DNA of 26,369 nucleotides from a virus (Duplodnaviria; Heunggongvirae; Uroviricota; Caudoviricetes): IMG/VR virus record IMGVR_UViG_2660238444_000003, positions 1 to 26,369 of that record; one strand, 5' to 3'. Shown piece by piece: positions 1 to 9,248 of this stretch (position 1 is its first letter; each line of letters starts with the position of its first letter). The notes under the pieces were generated by a model. It saw only the letters and a program-made list of their open reading frames with translations, ran no database searches and was not told where the DNA came from. The position numbers and the translations under genes were made by a program.

Positions 1-243
1 AGCTGCATGACAAGGTCATCGGGCATTATCTGAACATAAAACACTATCAGTAAGTTGGAGTCATTACCTGAAAATGTGGTAATTTATTAAATCTGTAATA
101 AAAGCGTAAACAACTGCCGCTACGCTTGCTGATCCCGCGCAACAAAACGCCATGCTTTGCTCGCAGATGGTTGGCAACCGACGACAGTCCTGCTAAAACG
201 TTCGTTTGATATCATTTTTCCTAAAATTGAATGGCAGAGAATC

Positions 244-1347
244 ATGAGTGACAGCCAGACGCTGGTGGTAAAACTCGGCACCAGTGTGCTAACAGGCGGA
301 TCGCGCCGTCTGAACCGTGCCCATATCGTTGAACTTGTTCGCCAGTGCGCGCAGTTACATGCCGCCGGGCATCGGATTGTTATTGTGACGTCGGGCGCGA
401 TCGCCGCCGGACGTGAGCACCTGGGTTACCCGGAACTGCCAGCGACTATCGCCTCGAAACAACTGCTGGCGGCGGTAGGGCAGAGTCGACTGATTCAACT
501 GTGGGAACAGCTGTTTTCGATTTATGGCATTCACGTCGGGCAAATGCTGCTGACCCGTGCTGATATGGAAGACCGTGAACGCTTCCTGAACGCCCGCGAC
601 ACCCTGCGTGCGTTGCTCGATAACAATATCGTTCCGGTAATCAATGAGAACGATGCTGTCGCTACGGCAGAGATTAAGGTCGGCGATAACGATAACCTTT
701 CTGCGCTGGCGGCGATTCTGGCGGGTGCCGATAAACTGTTGCTGCTGACCGATCAAAAAGGTTTGTATACCGCTGATCCGCGCAGAAATCCGCAGGCAGA
801 ACTGATTAAAGATGTTTACGGCATTGATGACGCACTGCGCGCGATTGCCGGTGACAGCGTTTCAGGCCTCGGAACTGGCGGCATGAGTACTAAATTGCAG
901 GCCGCTGACGTGGCTTGCCGTGCGGGTATCGACACCATTATTGCCGCGGGCAGCAAGCCGGGCGTTATTGGTGATGTGATGGAAGGCATTTCCGTCGGTA
1001 CGCTGTTCCATGCCCAGGCGACTCCGCTTGAAAACCGTAAACGCTGGATTTTCGGTGCGCCGCCGGCGGGTGAAATCACGGTAGATGAAGGGGCAACTGC
1101 CGCCATTCTGGAACGCGGCAGCTCCCTGTTGCCGAAAGGCATTAAAAGCGTGACTGGCAATTTCTCGCGTGGTGAAGTCATCCGCATTTGCAACCTCGAA
1201 GGTCGCGATATCGCCCACGGTGTCAGTCGTTACAACAGCGATGCATTACGCCGTATTGCCGGACACCACTCGCAAGAAATTGATGCAATACTGGGATATG
1301 AATACGGCCCGGTTGCCGTTCACCGTGATGACATGATTACCCGTTAA
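244..1347 (+). CDS. proB: Glutamate 5-kinase
   Basis: ORF track 157..1347; translation from the ATG at 244 ([19 protein letters not shown]...) matches E. coli ProB as recalled, 367 aa; stop 11 nt before the proA start. Confidence 0.93.
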   Translation: MSDSQTLVVKLGTSVLTGGSRRLNRAHIVELVRQCAQLHAAGHRIVIVTSGAIAAGREHLGYPELPATIASKQLLAAVGQSRLIQLWEQLFSIYGIHVGQMLLTRADMEDRERFLNARDTLRALLDNNIVPVINENDAVATAEIKVGDNDNLSALAAILAGADKLLLLTDQKGLYTADPRRNPQAELIKDVYGIDDALRAIAGDSVSGLGTGGMSTKLQAADVACRAGIDTIIAAGSKPGVIGDVMEGISVGTLFHAQATPLENRKRWIFGAPPAGEITVDEGATAAILERGSSLLPKGIKSVTGNFSRGEVIRICNLEGRDIAHGVSRYNSDALRRIAGHHSQEIDAILGYEYGPVAVHRDDMITR

Positions 1348-1358
1348 GGAGCTGGCCG

Positions 1359-2612
1359 ATGCTGGAACAAATGGGCATTGCCGCGAAGCAAGCCTCGTAT
1401 AAATTAGCGCAACTCTCCAGCCGCGAAAAAAATCGCGTGCTGGAAAAAATCGCCGATGAACTGGAAGCACAAAGCGAAATCATCCTCAACGCTAACGCCC
1501 AGGATGTTGCTGACGCGCGAGCCAATGGCCTTAGCGAAGCGATGCTTGACCGTCTGGCACTGACGCCCGCACGGCTGAAAGGCATTGCCGACGATGTACG
1601 TCAGGTGTGCAACCTCGCCGATCCGGTGGGGCAGGTAATCGATGGCGGCGTACTGGACAGCGGCCTGCGTCTTGAGCGTCGTCGCGTACCGCTGGGGGTT
1701 ATTGGCGTGATTTATGAAGCGCGCCCGAACGTGACGGTTGATGTCGCTTCGCTGTGCCTGAAAACCGGTAATGCGGTGATCCTGCGTGGTGGTAAAGAAA
1801 CCTGTCGCACTAACGCGGCAACGGTGGCGGTGATTCAGGACGCCCTGAAATCCTGTGGCTTACCGGCGGGTGCCGTGCAGGCGATTGATAATCCTGACCG
1901 TGCGCTGGTCAGTGAAATGCTGCGTATGGATAAATACATCGACATGCTGATCCCGCGTGGTGGCGCTGGTTTGCATAAACTGTGCCGTGAACAGTCGACA
2001 ATCCCGGTGATCACAGGTGGTATAGGCGTATGCCATATTTACGTTGATGAAAGTGCAGAGATCGCTGAAGCATTAAAAGTGATCGTCAACGCGAAAACTC
2101 AGCGTCCGAGCACATGTAATACGGTTGAAACGTTGCTGGTGAATAAAAACATCGCCGATAGCTTCCTGCCCGCATTAAGCAAACAAATGGCGGAAAGCGG
2201 CGTGACATTACACGCAGATGCAGCTGCGCTGACACAGTTGCAGGCAGGCCCTGCGAAGGTGGTGGCGGTTAAAGCCGAAGAGTATGACGATGAGTTTCTG
2301 TCATTAGATTTGAACGTCAAAATCGTCAGCGATCTTGACGATGCCATCGCCCATATTCGTGAACACGGCACACAACACTCCGATGCGATCCTGACCCGCG
2401 ATATGCGCAACGCCCAGCGTTTTGTTAACGAAGTGGATTCGTCCGCTGTTTACGTTAACGCCTCTACGCGTTTTACCGACGGCGGCCAGTTTGGTCTGGG
2501 TGCGGAAGTGGCGGTAAGCACACAAAAACTCCACGCGCGTGGCCCAATGGGGCTGGAAGCACTGACCACTTACAAGTGGATCGGCATTGGTGATTACACC
2601 ATTCGTGCGTAA
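1359..2612 (+). CDS. proA: Gamma-glutamyl phosphate reductase
   Basis: 417-aa ORF ([20 protein letters not shown]...) matches E. coli ProA as recalled; directly downstream of proB. Confidence 0.93.
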   Translation: MLEQMGIAAKQASYKLAQLSSREKNRVLEKIADELEAQSEIILNANAQDVADARANGLSEAMLDRLALTPARLKGIADDVRQVCNLADPVGQVIDGGVLDSGLRLERRRVPLGVIGVIYEARPNVTVDVASLCLKTGNAVILRGGKETCRTNAATVAVIQDALKSCGLPAGAVQAIDNPDRALVSEMLRMDKYIDMLIPRGGAGLHKLCREQSTIPVITGGIGVCHIYVDESAEIAEALKVIVNAKTQRPSTCNTVETLLVNKNIADSFLPALSKQMAESGVTLHADAAALTQLQAGPAKVVAVKAEEYDDEFLSLDLNVKIVSDLDDAIAHIREHGTQHSDAILTRDMRNAQRFVNEVDSSAVYVNASTRFTDGGQFGLGAEVAVSTQKLHARGPMGLEALTTYKWIGIGDYTIRA

Positions 2613-2726
2613 ATAAAACCGGGTGATGCAAAAGTAGCCATTTGATTCACAAGGCCATTGACGCATCGCCCGGTTAGTTTTAACCTTGTCCACCGTGATT
2701 CACGTTCGTGAACATGTCCTTTCAGG

Positions 2727-2802
2727 GCCGATATAGCTCAGTTGGTAGAGCAGCGCATTCGTAATGCGAAGGTCGTAGGTTCGACTCCTATTATCGGCAC
2801 CA
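2727..2802 (+). tRNA. thrW: tRNA-Thr (anticodon CGT)
   Basis: 76-nt sequence GCCGATATAGCTCAGTTGGTAGAGCAGCGCATTCGTAATGCG...GGTTCGACTCCTATTATCGGCACCA with D-loop, anticodon loop (CGT) and T-loop GGTTCGA motifs, ending CCA; lies directly after proA as thrW does. Confidence 0.93.
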
Positions 2803-2816
2803 TTTAAATCAATAAG

Positions 2817-4043
2817 TTACCTCGCATTTAAGTAAACCACGTTCTCCTCTTGTGCCGTATTTGTGCCATTGCGACTTATAATCGCATCGATTTTGCTTGC
2901 GTGCTCGGTGAGATGCCCGGCTGAAAGGTGGGCGTATCTTTGAACCATTTCGAGAGTTTCCCATCCTCCCATCTCTTTAAGTGCAAGAAGAGAGACACCG
3001 GACTGAACCAGCCAGCTTGCCCAGGTATGCCTCAGATCATGGAAGCGGAAGTTGCTAATGCCTGCCCGCTTTAACGCTCCCTTCCATGCCTTGTTGCTGT
3101 CGGTTCTCATCTTCCTTACCGCTGCTGTTTTTGTTCCGTCGCTTCGGTAGGCAGGTTTGGTGTGGACAAATACCCATCTCTTATGGAGCCCCTGCTGTTT
3201 TCTTAATATCTGGCATGCGGTTTCGTTAAGAGGAACTCCGATCGCATTGCCAGCTTTTGTTTCATCAGGGTGCATCCATGCCATTTTCTTATCCAGATCG
3301 ACCTGTGACCACTCAAGGTCTGTAACGTTGGAACGGCGAAGGCCTGTCGTGATTGCAAACATGACCACAGGGAAGAAGTGAGGAGCAATTTCTGCAAACA
3401 GGCGCTTCGATTCCTCCTCTGTAAGCCATCTGATGCGTCCATTCTTAACGCGTGGTGTTGATATTTTGGGTGCCCTGTCAAGCCATCCCCATTCAACAGC
3501 CATATTGAGAATGGCGCGAAGTATTGCCAGATGCCGCGTCTTCGTTCCTTTGCTTGCCAGCTTTGGTTTATACTCCGGCACTGGCTTGCCAAGCCGCAAA
3601 CACCTGTCCCGGCTCATTTCCCAGTTCAGGCGATGGCGGCGGNNNNNNNNNNNNNNNNNNNNNNNNNNNNNNNNNCGGCTCATTTCCCAGTTCAGGCGAT
3701 GGCGGCGGTTTTCCATCCCGTCTACCGCCTCCATTATTTTTTCTGTTGTTATGTCTGAGAGAATGGTTTCTCTGAAGTGCAACATCCAGAACGATATAAT
3801 GCTCTTGTCATCATCAATGGACTTCTTATCCGATTTCTCACGCAGCCACCGTATGCAGGCTTCCTTGAATAGCTTTTTCGGCGATTCCCCGAGATTTTTT
3901 ATTCTCCACGCTTCTGCTTTCAGACGATCGTGAAGTTCTTGCGCTTGCCTTTTGTCCGATGTTTCAAGAGAGCGTCTAACTCTTGATCCATCTGGCGCGA
4001 CGAAATCACAGTGCCACGTGCCACCGCGTAGTTTGATTGACAT
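2817..4043 (-). CDS. int: Tyrosine-family site-specific integrase (P22-like); reading frame contains an assembly gap
   Basis: ORF track 408 aa; C-terminal HDLRHT...RYAHL (His-x-x-Arg ... Tyr) catalytic motif; adjacent to the tRNA; 33 N plus a duplicated 33-nt flank inflate the length by about 22 codons. Confidence 0.85.
   Translation of the reverse strand: MSIKLRGGTWHCDFVAPDGSRVRRSLETSDKRQAQELHDRLKAEAWRIKNLGESPKKLFKEACIRWLREKSDKKSIDDDKSIISFWMLHFRETILSDITTEKIMEAVDGMENRRHRLNWEMSXXXXXXXXXXXXRRHRLNWEMSRDRCLRLGKPVPEYKPKLASKGTKTRHLAILRAILNMAVEWGWLDRAPKISTPRVKNGRIRWLTEEESKRLFAEIAPHFFPVVMFAITTGLRRSNVTDLEWSQVDLDKKMAWMHPDETKAGNAIGVPLNETACQILRKQQGLHKRWVFVHTKPAYRSDGTKTAAVRKMRTDSNKAWKGALKRAGISNFRFHDLRHTWASWLVQSGVSLLALKEMGGWETLEMVQRYAHLSAGHLTEHASKIDAIISRNGTNTAQEENVVYLNAR
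3643..3675. other. Run of 33 N (assembly or scaffold gap) inside int, flanked by a duplicated 33-nt sequence (3610..3642 = 3676..3708)
   Basis: Direct reading: nnn run; cggctcatttcccagttcaggcgatggcggcgg occurs on both sides. Confidence 0.95.
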
Positions 4044-4267
4044 GCTTTAACCTCCTGCACATCAACCGCATTCACCGCGCTATTGTGTCTTACAGACTTA
4101 AGCGCCGCAATGCAGTCTGACTTGCAAATGCGATATGGGCTTTTAGGTTTATCTGGATTTATCTTTGCGGCCTGAAGTCGTCCACTTCGTATCCACTGCG
4201 TGATAGTGCCTTTGTCTACCTTCAGATACGATGCTGCCTCTTCACGAGTGAAGATTTCTTCTTCCAC
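3920..4267 (-). CDS. xis: Excisionase / AlpA-like helix-turn-helix DNA-binding protein
   Basis: 115-aa ORF immediately upstream of and overlapping int; N-terminal FTREEAASYLKVDKGTITQWIRSGRL resembles Xis/AlpA HTH proteins. Confidence 0.6.
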   Translation of the reverse strand: MEEEIFTREEAASYLKVDKGTITQWIRSGRLQAAKINPDKPKSPYRICKSDCIAALKSVRHNSAVNAVDVQEVKACQSNYAVARGTVISSRQMDQELDALLKHRTKGKRKNFTIV

Positions 4268-4354
4268 TTGGAATCTCCATTTATTGAGTTGGTATTATTG
4301 CGGTAGGTCTGGATATCTTGAGAAATGAACAGGCCTCATCGAGTGTGAGGCGGG

Positions 4355-4675
4355 TTAGTCCTTGCGTAGCTCGCTAATTCTTCTGTAAGTCTCTGGTGCT
4401 TTGTTTCCGTGTATCTTCATTTCAGACTTCAACAGAGCAACGAGAGAATCCCATTCGTTGAGGATTCCTTTGAATGCCGGAACGCGCTTTGCAACCTTGT
4501 CGAATGAATCTCTGATTTCTGGAATCTGCTCAACAAGTGCAACGCATCGCCGAAAGTCTGCTGCCCAAATGTATTGGCAAGGTGAAGTAATACCTGGCGA
4601 AATCGCATTCCGCGCAGTGTGATAAAAAGGCGGTGCATTGCACCGCCTAATCAGTTCTCCTACATCACTGGACAA
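4355..4675 (-). CDS. Hypothetical protein, second gene of the LexA-box operon
   Basis: 106-aa ORF overlapping the stop of the upstream UmuD'-like gene by 16 nt (operon arrangement); no recognisable motif. Confidence 0.55.
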   Translation of the reverse strand: MSSDVGELIRRCNAPPFYHTARNAISPGITSPCQYIWAADFRRCVALVEQIPEIRDSFDKVAKRVPAFKGILNEWDSLVALLKSEMKIHGNKAPETYRRISELRKD

Positions 4676-5049
4676 TCATCAAACTCGCCACTTCTTGCGT
4701 CGTTGATAATGTGAGTGATCACACCAAACACGGCATTGCTGCCCGTGCATCCATCGTCATCCTTTGGCAATGCTTCCTTCTTACCGGTTCTTAAATCCTC
4801 CAGATGCTGACGTGGATACTTCCGGTATCTTTTTACGCGATATTCCCCATCCAGAGCGCATACAAGCAGAGAACCATCAACCGGGGTAAGTGAGGAATCG
4901 ACCACCAGCAATGCACCCTGTAATATTCCCTCACGATGATGACTATCAGCTGCCCTCATGAAGTAGGTCGCTGAAGGATGTCTAATTATCTGCTGATCAA
5001 GAGAAATACGGCTCTCAGCATAATCCGCCGCAGGAGAAGGGAAGCCCAT
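4660..5049 (-). CDS. UmuD'-like S24 peptidase-fold protein (starts at the processed-form boundary, no N-terminal arm)
   Basis: 129 aa; [30 protein letters not shown]... aligns by eye with E. coli UmuD from its Cys24-Gly25 cleavage site onward ([30 protein letters not shown]); Ser (AADS) and Lys (VKRY) catalytic positions retained; [10 protein letters not shown] resembles UmuD DVFGVVIHVV. Confidence 0.78.
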   Translation of the reverse strand: [129 protein letters not shown]

Positions 5050-5065
5050 AATACTCGCCTCTTAA

Positions 5066-5085
5066 TACTGTATACACATACAGTA
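5066..5085. promoter_or_regulatory. LexA (SOS) box TACTGTATACACATACAGTA upstream of the UmuD'-like gene
   Basis: Perfect CTG-N10-CAG palindrome matching the E. coli LexA consensus TACTGTATATATATACAGTA in 18 of 20 positions; 17 nt upstream of the start codon at 5049, where the promoter should lie. Confidence 0.75.
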
Positions 5086-5380
5086 TATGTTGAAGCTATA
5101 TATTTTTGAACTCTATCTCTTAAAAAAGATGTTAATAAGATGCTAACTATTGAAAGGCATAAATATATACAATTCCAACAAACGTTATTTTTAACAAATT
5201 TTTTCTCTCTGTTGACTTTTGCGAAAGCCTTGTCTGGCCTAAATTGCGCGGAAGCTACTTTTTCCTTCCTGAGTTATCCACAGAGTTATGTACTTGCATG
5301 CATAACCTATACACACTATCTTAATTCGCAAGACACTGATGTTACGGTATTGAAGGTTCATTGGGTTAAAAATAGACATT

Positions 5381-5411
5381 AAAAAGCCCAGTTGACTAGG
5401 CTGGGCTTTTT
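5381..5411. terminator. Bidirectional intrinsic terminator-like hairpin
   Basis: aagcccag (5384..5391) pairs with ctgggctt (5401..5408), 9-nt loop, A-run upstream and T-run downstream. Confidence 0.6.
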
Positions 5412-5711
5412 AAAAGGAAACAGAGTTTGCGGCTCTGTTCCTGAGCCATAAGTATCTGGCGACTGAATTAAGATTAACCGAATGTACTGGATTCATCAAG
5501 AAACGTTGAGTGGTCATACCAGGTAATAATGACCATTTACTAAACATCGTTGTTCTCAAAGAAGATTTAAGTCCAGGTTTTTGGTGACTCTAAAACCTTA
5601 CCTTAACTCGAAATCGTGCCGTAAGTATCTGGCGACTACAGATATTGCAACTGCAAAGGCAAGCCCAAAGGTATTTGCAGCTAGGCGCGATAAAACTAAG
5701 TGAGGCCTGTT

Positions 5712-5795
5712 ATGGTTAACTTACTGTTCAAAATCGTGCCGCCGATGTTCGCGATTATCAAAGCGATCATTGAGTACGTAAACCAGCGTCCATAA
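5712..5795 (+). CDS. Putative small hydrophobic peptide (27 aa), speculative
   Basis: ATG preceded by GTGAGG 7 nt upstream; MVNLLFKIVPPMFAIIKAIIEYVNQRP; followed by hairpin 5809..5833. Below the ORF-track size cut-off. Confidence 0.25.
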   Translation: MVNLLFKIVPPMFAIIKAIIEYVNQRP

Positions 5796-5808
5796 CGCTA
5801 GTTGCTAC

Positions 5809-5833
5809 AGGCCCCATCAAGAGCATGGGGCCT
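5809..5833. terminator. Hairpin between convergent transcription units (possible terminator)
   Basis: aggcccca (5809..5816) pairs with tggggcct (5826..5833); weak T-run downstream on +; lies just past the stop of the 5851..6477 gene on -. Confidence 0.4.
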
Positions 5834-5850
5834 CTTTATCGTACTATTGC

Positions 5851-6477
5851 TTATTTTTTACGGACTGAGTTGTTCACTGCTCTGGCAATCTTCTCCCGCA
5901 ATTGCTGCGTTCCGTGGTACTGAACCGCAATATCTCTCAACTCGTTCACCAGTTCTCGAATCTGGTGATCTTTAAGCTCATTATTTGGGTGATTGGTAAC
6001 AACTCTGGTTAATTCACCCTTGTCTTTTGCTCTTACGTATGCAGCTCTTGTGCATTCGACCCATGTATTACCGCCTACATTAACTTCGTAGATTAGGCTG
6101 GACTTATCTGTCAATTCGGAACAAATACGGGCCGTGGTCTGGCAACTAGAGCATTCGCAGTTATCTCGGAAACCGTGATCTACCGGTCGAGAAAGAGGTT
6201 TAACTTTTTCATCCAACTTCATCACAGCATCGTGATAAGCGTTCCAGCCGTCATCTTTACCAAGTTGATAAATCTCTGAAGGCTCCATGTAGTCTATATC
6301 GCAACCTTCTTCATCCGATCTATCTGGTCGCTTCCCTGGTAATCGCTCATAAAAACGATTTCTGTCTCGACGTTCGGCTCTCAGTGCTAACGCAAGAAGT
6401 TGCTCAAGCGAGGTATTTGCACCAGCAATAATTTCATTGAGAATATCTTCTGTGAGATCTTTCGCTACCGTGCTCAT
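5851..6477 (-). CDS. Hypothetical protein (last gene of the early-left operon)
   Basis: 208-aa ORF; 4-nt overlap with the upstream gene; Cys-rich segment NCECSSCQ. Confidence 0.6.
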   Translation of the reverse strand: MSTVAKDLTEDILNEIIAGANTSLEQLLALALRAERRDRNRFYERLPGKRPDRSDEEGCDIDYMEPSEIYQLGKDDGWNAYHDAVMKLDEKVKPLSRPVDHGFRDNCECSSCQTTARICSELTDKSSLIYEVNVGGNTWVECTRAAYVRAKDKGELTRVVTNHPNNELKDHQIRELVNELRDIAVQYHGTQQLREKIARAVNNSVRKK

Positions 6478-6857
6478 TTATCTCTCTCAGTATGTTGCGA
6501 TGGCGTAAATTTGACGACATCAAATATTTTGGATGGCATCAACTTTATCCGCGAGCTTAGTTCGGCTCTCCTCTGTAATGCGGTTAATAATGTTTTCGTT
6601 CTGACGCCTTCGTGTATCCTCATCCCTGGCACAAGAACTACATCGCAGGGGAGATGCTCAGGTGACAAATCATTTTGGGCATCGCTAATCAGTCGTGTAA
6701 TCTCTCTTTCAAGCCGACCGCCTAGCTCTGTTTTAGTGCAATGTTCTGACCAATCGCCAGCCTCAAGCAGCGCGAGAATGCTTAAAATATCGTCCAATAG
6801 ATCAGTGGTATTATCGACTTCCTTCTGAAACTCACCGGCTACTGATTTATGCATCAT
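6474..6857 (-). CDS. Hypothetical protein
   Basis: 127-aa ORF, start/stop overlaps with both neighbours on the same strand. Confidence 0.6.
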   Translation of the reverse strand: MMHKSVAGEFQKEVDNTTDLLDDILSILALLEAGDWSEHCTKTELGGRLEREITRLISDAQNDLSPEHLPCDVVLVPGMRIHEGVRTKTLLTALQRRAELSSRIKLMPSKIFDVVKFTPSQHTERDK

Positions 6858-7933
6858 TCGTCATCCTCATCCGAGTCATCCTCATCACAGAATGAGAGTA
6901 GTGGGTTAGTCATTCGCCCTACTTGAGTGGCGTAGCCACGCCGACAGAGATTGCGCAGCACACTGTATATTTCGAACATCTCGGTTCGTTCATCGCCAAC
7001 ATCAAGCTCAGATGCTATAGCGTGGCATTCAGTCGCGAGAGCCGAAATTTTCTGAAATAACTCTGCATTATTCACTGTTCGACTCCTGCGGCGTTCTGGT
7101 AGTGGCATCCAGTGTGTGACATTGCTAATCAGACCATATTCATTAGTTTGAGGATGGTTGCCGTTATCGTCTCCGTATTTAAGACTCTCCATAAAGCCAT
7201 AATGCCTATCACCATTAACGCTCACAAAGCCGTAATAAGCAGGTATAACGCCGATCTCACACGTAACCAGTAAAGGAAAACTAGTTCTCCAATTTAGCTC
7301 GCCAATTACAGGCATTCGCTCACTACAGCTTATCCAACCATCCGGAGTCACCGGAAGCGAGAACGGCAGCACATCTCTGTGAACAAGTTTTTGCTGTGAC
7401 AGGTTATCCAGAACTTTCTGTACTGCTGCATCACCGAATACACCAAGCGCATCTGCCATAACTCCTACAACCTGATAAGCCTCAGCGCATACCGTGGATA
7501 AACCATCCGGAATTACCGGAGAGTTGCCGGGTTCTTTAATGTGCAAGCGAGGCTCACCATCTTTTGGTTCAGGCCACTGGCGCTCCATGTTGATCTTCAA
7601 TTTATCTTCCATAGCAGCGGTAATTTCAGCATCGCTGATGCCAGCACGGCGCTGTGCATCCCACAACAGAAACTGCATATCAGCCCACTCGCTAAGATCG
7701 TCTGGTTCGGCTGCGGCTTCCAGTGCCTCTTTTGAGAGGTGTTTCAGTGGACCAATGGGGCCAACGCAGCCAAATGTGGAGTCAGACCATTTGGCATGCT
7801 CGTGGCGAATCTGTTCGCGTTCCAGTGATGCCAGTGCAATTCGTGCCAGTTCCATTTGTTCGCCACGGGTAAGCCCGTTTTCAAGCGGGGATTTAATGAA
7901 CAATTCGATACGTTCTTTAGTGATAGTGCTCAT
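6854..7933 (-). CDS. Hypothetical early-region protein, possibly DUF551-type; acidic C-terminal tail
   Basis: 359-aa ORF; C-terminal region (WISCSERMP...THWMPLPE) resembles the DUF551 family as I recall it; ends DEDDSDEDDE. Confidence 0.65.
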   Translation of the reverse strand: MSTITKERIELFIKSPLENGLTRGEQMELARIALASLEREQIRHEHAKWSDSTFGCVGPIGPLKHLSKEALEAAAEPDDLSEWADMQFLLWDAQRRAGISDAEITAAMEDKLKINMERQWPEPKDGEPRLHIKEPGNSPVIPDGLSTVCAEAYQVVGVMADALGVFGDAAVQKVLDNLSQQKLVHRDVLPFSLPVTPDGWISCSERMPVIGELNWRTSFPLLVTCEIGVIPAYYGFVSVNGDRHYGFMESLKYGDDNGNHPQTNEYGLISNVTHWMPLPERRRSRTVNNAELFQKISALATECHAIASELDVGDERTEMFEIYSVLRNLCRRGYATQVGRMTNPLLSFCDEDDSDEDDE

Positions 7934-7934
7934 A

Positions 7935-8393
7935 TCACTCTCCTTTGATGCGAATGCCAGCTTCAGACATCATATGCAGATACTCAACTGCATCCTGAAC
8001 CCATTGACCGCCAATCCCGTAATAGCGATGCGTAATGATGTCGATAGTTACTAACGGGTCTTGTTCGATTAACTTCCGCAGAAACTCTTCCAGGTCACCA
8101 GTGCAGTGCTTGATTACCGGAGATTTCCCGGGGTGGCGAACAACAAGAAACTGATTTCCGTCTTCATGGACTTCGTTGCTTTCCAGTTCTGCAATACGCT
8201 TACTCCCATCCGAGATAACACCTTCGTAATACTCACGCTGCTCGTTGAGTTTTGATTCAAGTTCACCGAACTTACGGACAAGATATTCAGCGTTTGTTTC
8301 GTTAACCTTTAAATCACTTGGGATGCATTTACCTTTCAGAAAACCATCCATCTCAATTAGTGACATTTGTTTCATTTCTTCCCACTCCGCCAC
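7935..8393 (-). CDS. Hypothetical protein
   Basis: 152-aa ORF in the same operon; start codon uncertain (several in-frame Met). Confidence 0.55.
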   Translation of the reverse strand: MAEWEEMKQMSLIEMDGFLKGKCIPSDLKVNETNAEYLVRKFGELESKLNEQREYYEGVISDGSKRIAELESNEVHEDGNQFLVVRHPGKSPVIKHCTGDLEEFLRKLIEQDPLVTIDIITHRYYGIGGQWVQDAVEYLHMMSEAGIRIKGE

Positions 8394-8552
8394 ATTGCAT
8401 TCAGATATTTGTTGTCATTAACAGAGCCGAAACTATTTCTCTTAAGCAATTCCTCTCTCGATGGCATTGGCTTTATGCGTTGGCGAATAATCATTTCTGC
8501 CGGAAGAATGCCGGGATTGTATGCAAGTCCTCTCATGGTAAATTCCTCAGTC
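8372..8552 (-). CDS. Hypothetical small protein (about 60 aa), start inferred
   Basis: Internal ATG of ORF 8372..8686 that overlaps the stop of the upstream gene in an ATGA arrangement; [15 protein letters not shown]... Confidence 0.3.
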
Positions 8553-8840
8553 ATTACTGATAGCGCCATAGCGTGAGCGGTAATTACGCAGGCGCGGGTC
8601 AATTTCAGGGAAGTGGGTATATGTGGCTTTGCGGAATGGTCGGATTGATGTCTGGTAAATTCGCTCGCGTTCTTCTTTCTCTGCAAGCCATATACAATGG
8701 CGAAATTCCTTTTCCTCTTTCGTTTCCTGAGGTAGCGACATTATCCGGTTGTAGTTTTTCCTGAATTTATCCAGCACCTCCGATACAGAATTGCCGGAAC
8801 AGCGGCGCGCGTCGTCCGCACCATACAGAGGCGCTGGCAT
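8547..8840 (-). CDS. Hypothetical protein
   Basis: 97-aa ORF immediately downstream of the SSB-like gene on the same strand. Confidence 0.5.
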   Translation of the reverse strand: MPAPLYGADDARRCSGNSVSEVLDKFRKNYNRIMSLPQETKEEKEFRHCIWLAEKEERERIYQTSIRPFRKATYTHFPEIDPRLRNYRSRYGAISND

Positions 8841-8863
8841 AATGGAATCCTTATGTTGCTACT

Positions 8864-9248
8864 TTAGAAGGGAATTGAATCGTCGTATTCAGGATGATTT
8901 TGATGATTGCTACTTTGCTGCTGTTGGCTGTTTCCTGAAGTTGCAAATCCAATCTTTGCATTCAGTAATTCAAGAGTGATTGATTGACCATTTTGCCCCT
9001 GATAAACATCAACCCTGATGTTTTCTCCGGTAATTTCTACAATGCCACCTTCAACAAGAACACTACGGTAGTAATCCGCTTGCGCTCCCGGCTTGGCAAA
9101 TACAACGGCGCTGTAGTTTGTCCATTCTTTCTTTTTTGTCTGGCGATCGTAATACTGAACGCCAGCACGGATGTTGAATCCGATATTTTCCCCGGCCTGA
9201 AACTCTCTTGCGGGCTTGTTTAGTCTTACAGTAATCGAATGTGCCATT
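8864..9248 (-). CDS. Single-stranded DNA-binding protein-like
   Basis: 128 aa from MAHSITVRLNK...; C-terminal acidic tail ...PEYDDSIPF resembles the SSB tail (DDDIPF); start overlaps the erf stop. Confidence 0.55.

Noticed and set aside
2619-2673. Long imperfect hairpin (ccgggtgatgc ... gcatcgcccgg) between proA and thrW as an intrinsic terminator
   Set aside because: 11-bp stem but a 33-nt loop and only a weak U-tract; may be a proA terminator or part of the thrW promoter region, not called as a feature.
355-2693. Minus-strand ORFs inside proB and proA (355..756, 816..1193, 862..1218, 1246..1470, 1337..1585, 2099..2410, 2304..2693)
   Set aside because: Antisense to well-supported conserved housekeeping genes; typical spurious frames in GC-rich coding sequence.
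3643-3675. N run considered as a possible biological low-complexity or masked repeat
   Set aside because: N characters are unknown bases; the exact duplicated flank indicates an assembly join.
3157-3933. Plus-strand ORFs inside the integrase gene (3157..3381, 3433..3933, 3524..3775, 3531..3758) and minus ORF 3203..3592
   Set aside because: Antisense or off-frame within int, and several span the N gap (X residues), so they are artefacts of the gap and the duplicated flank.
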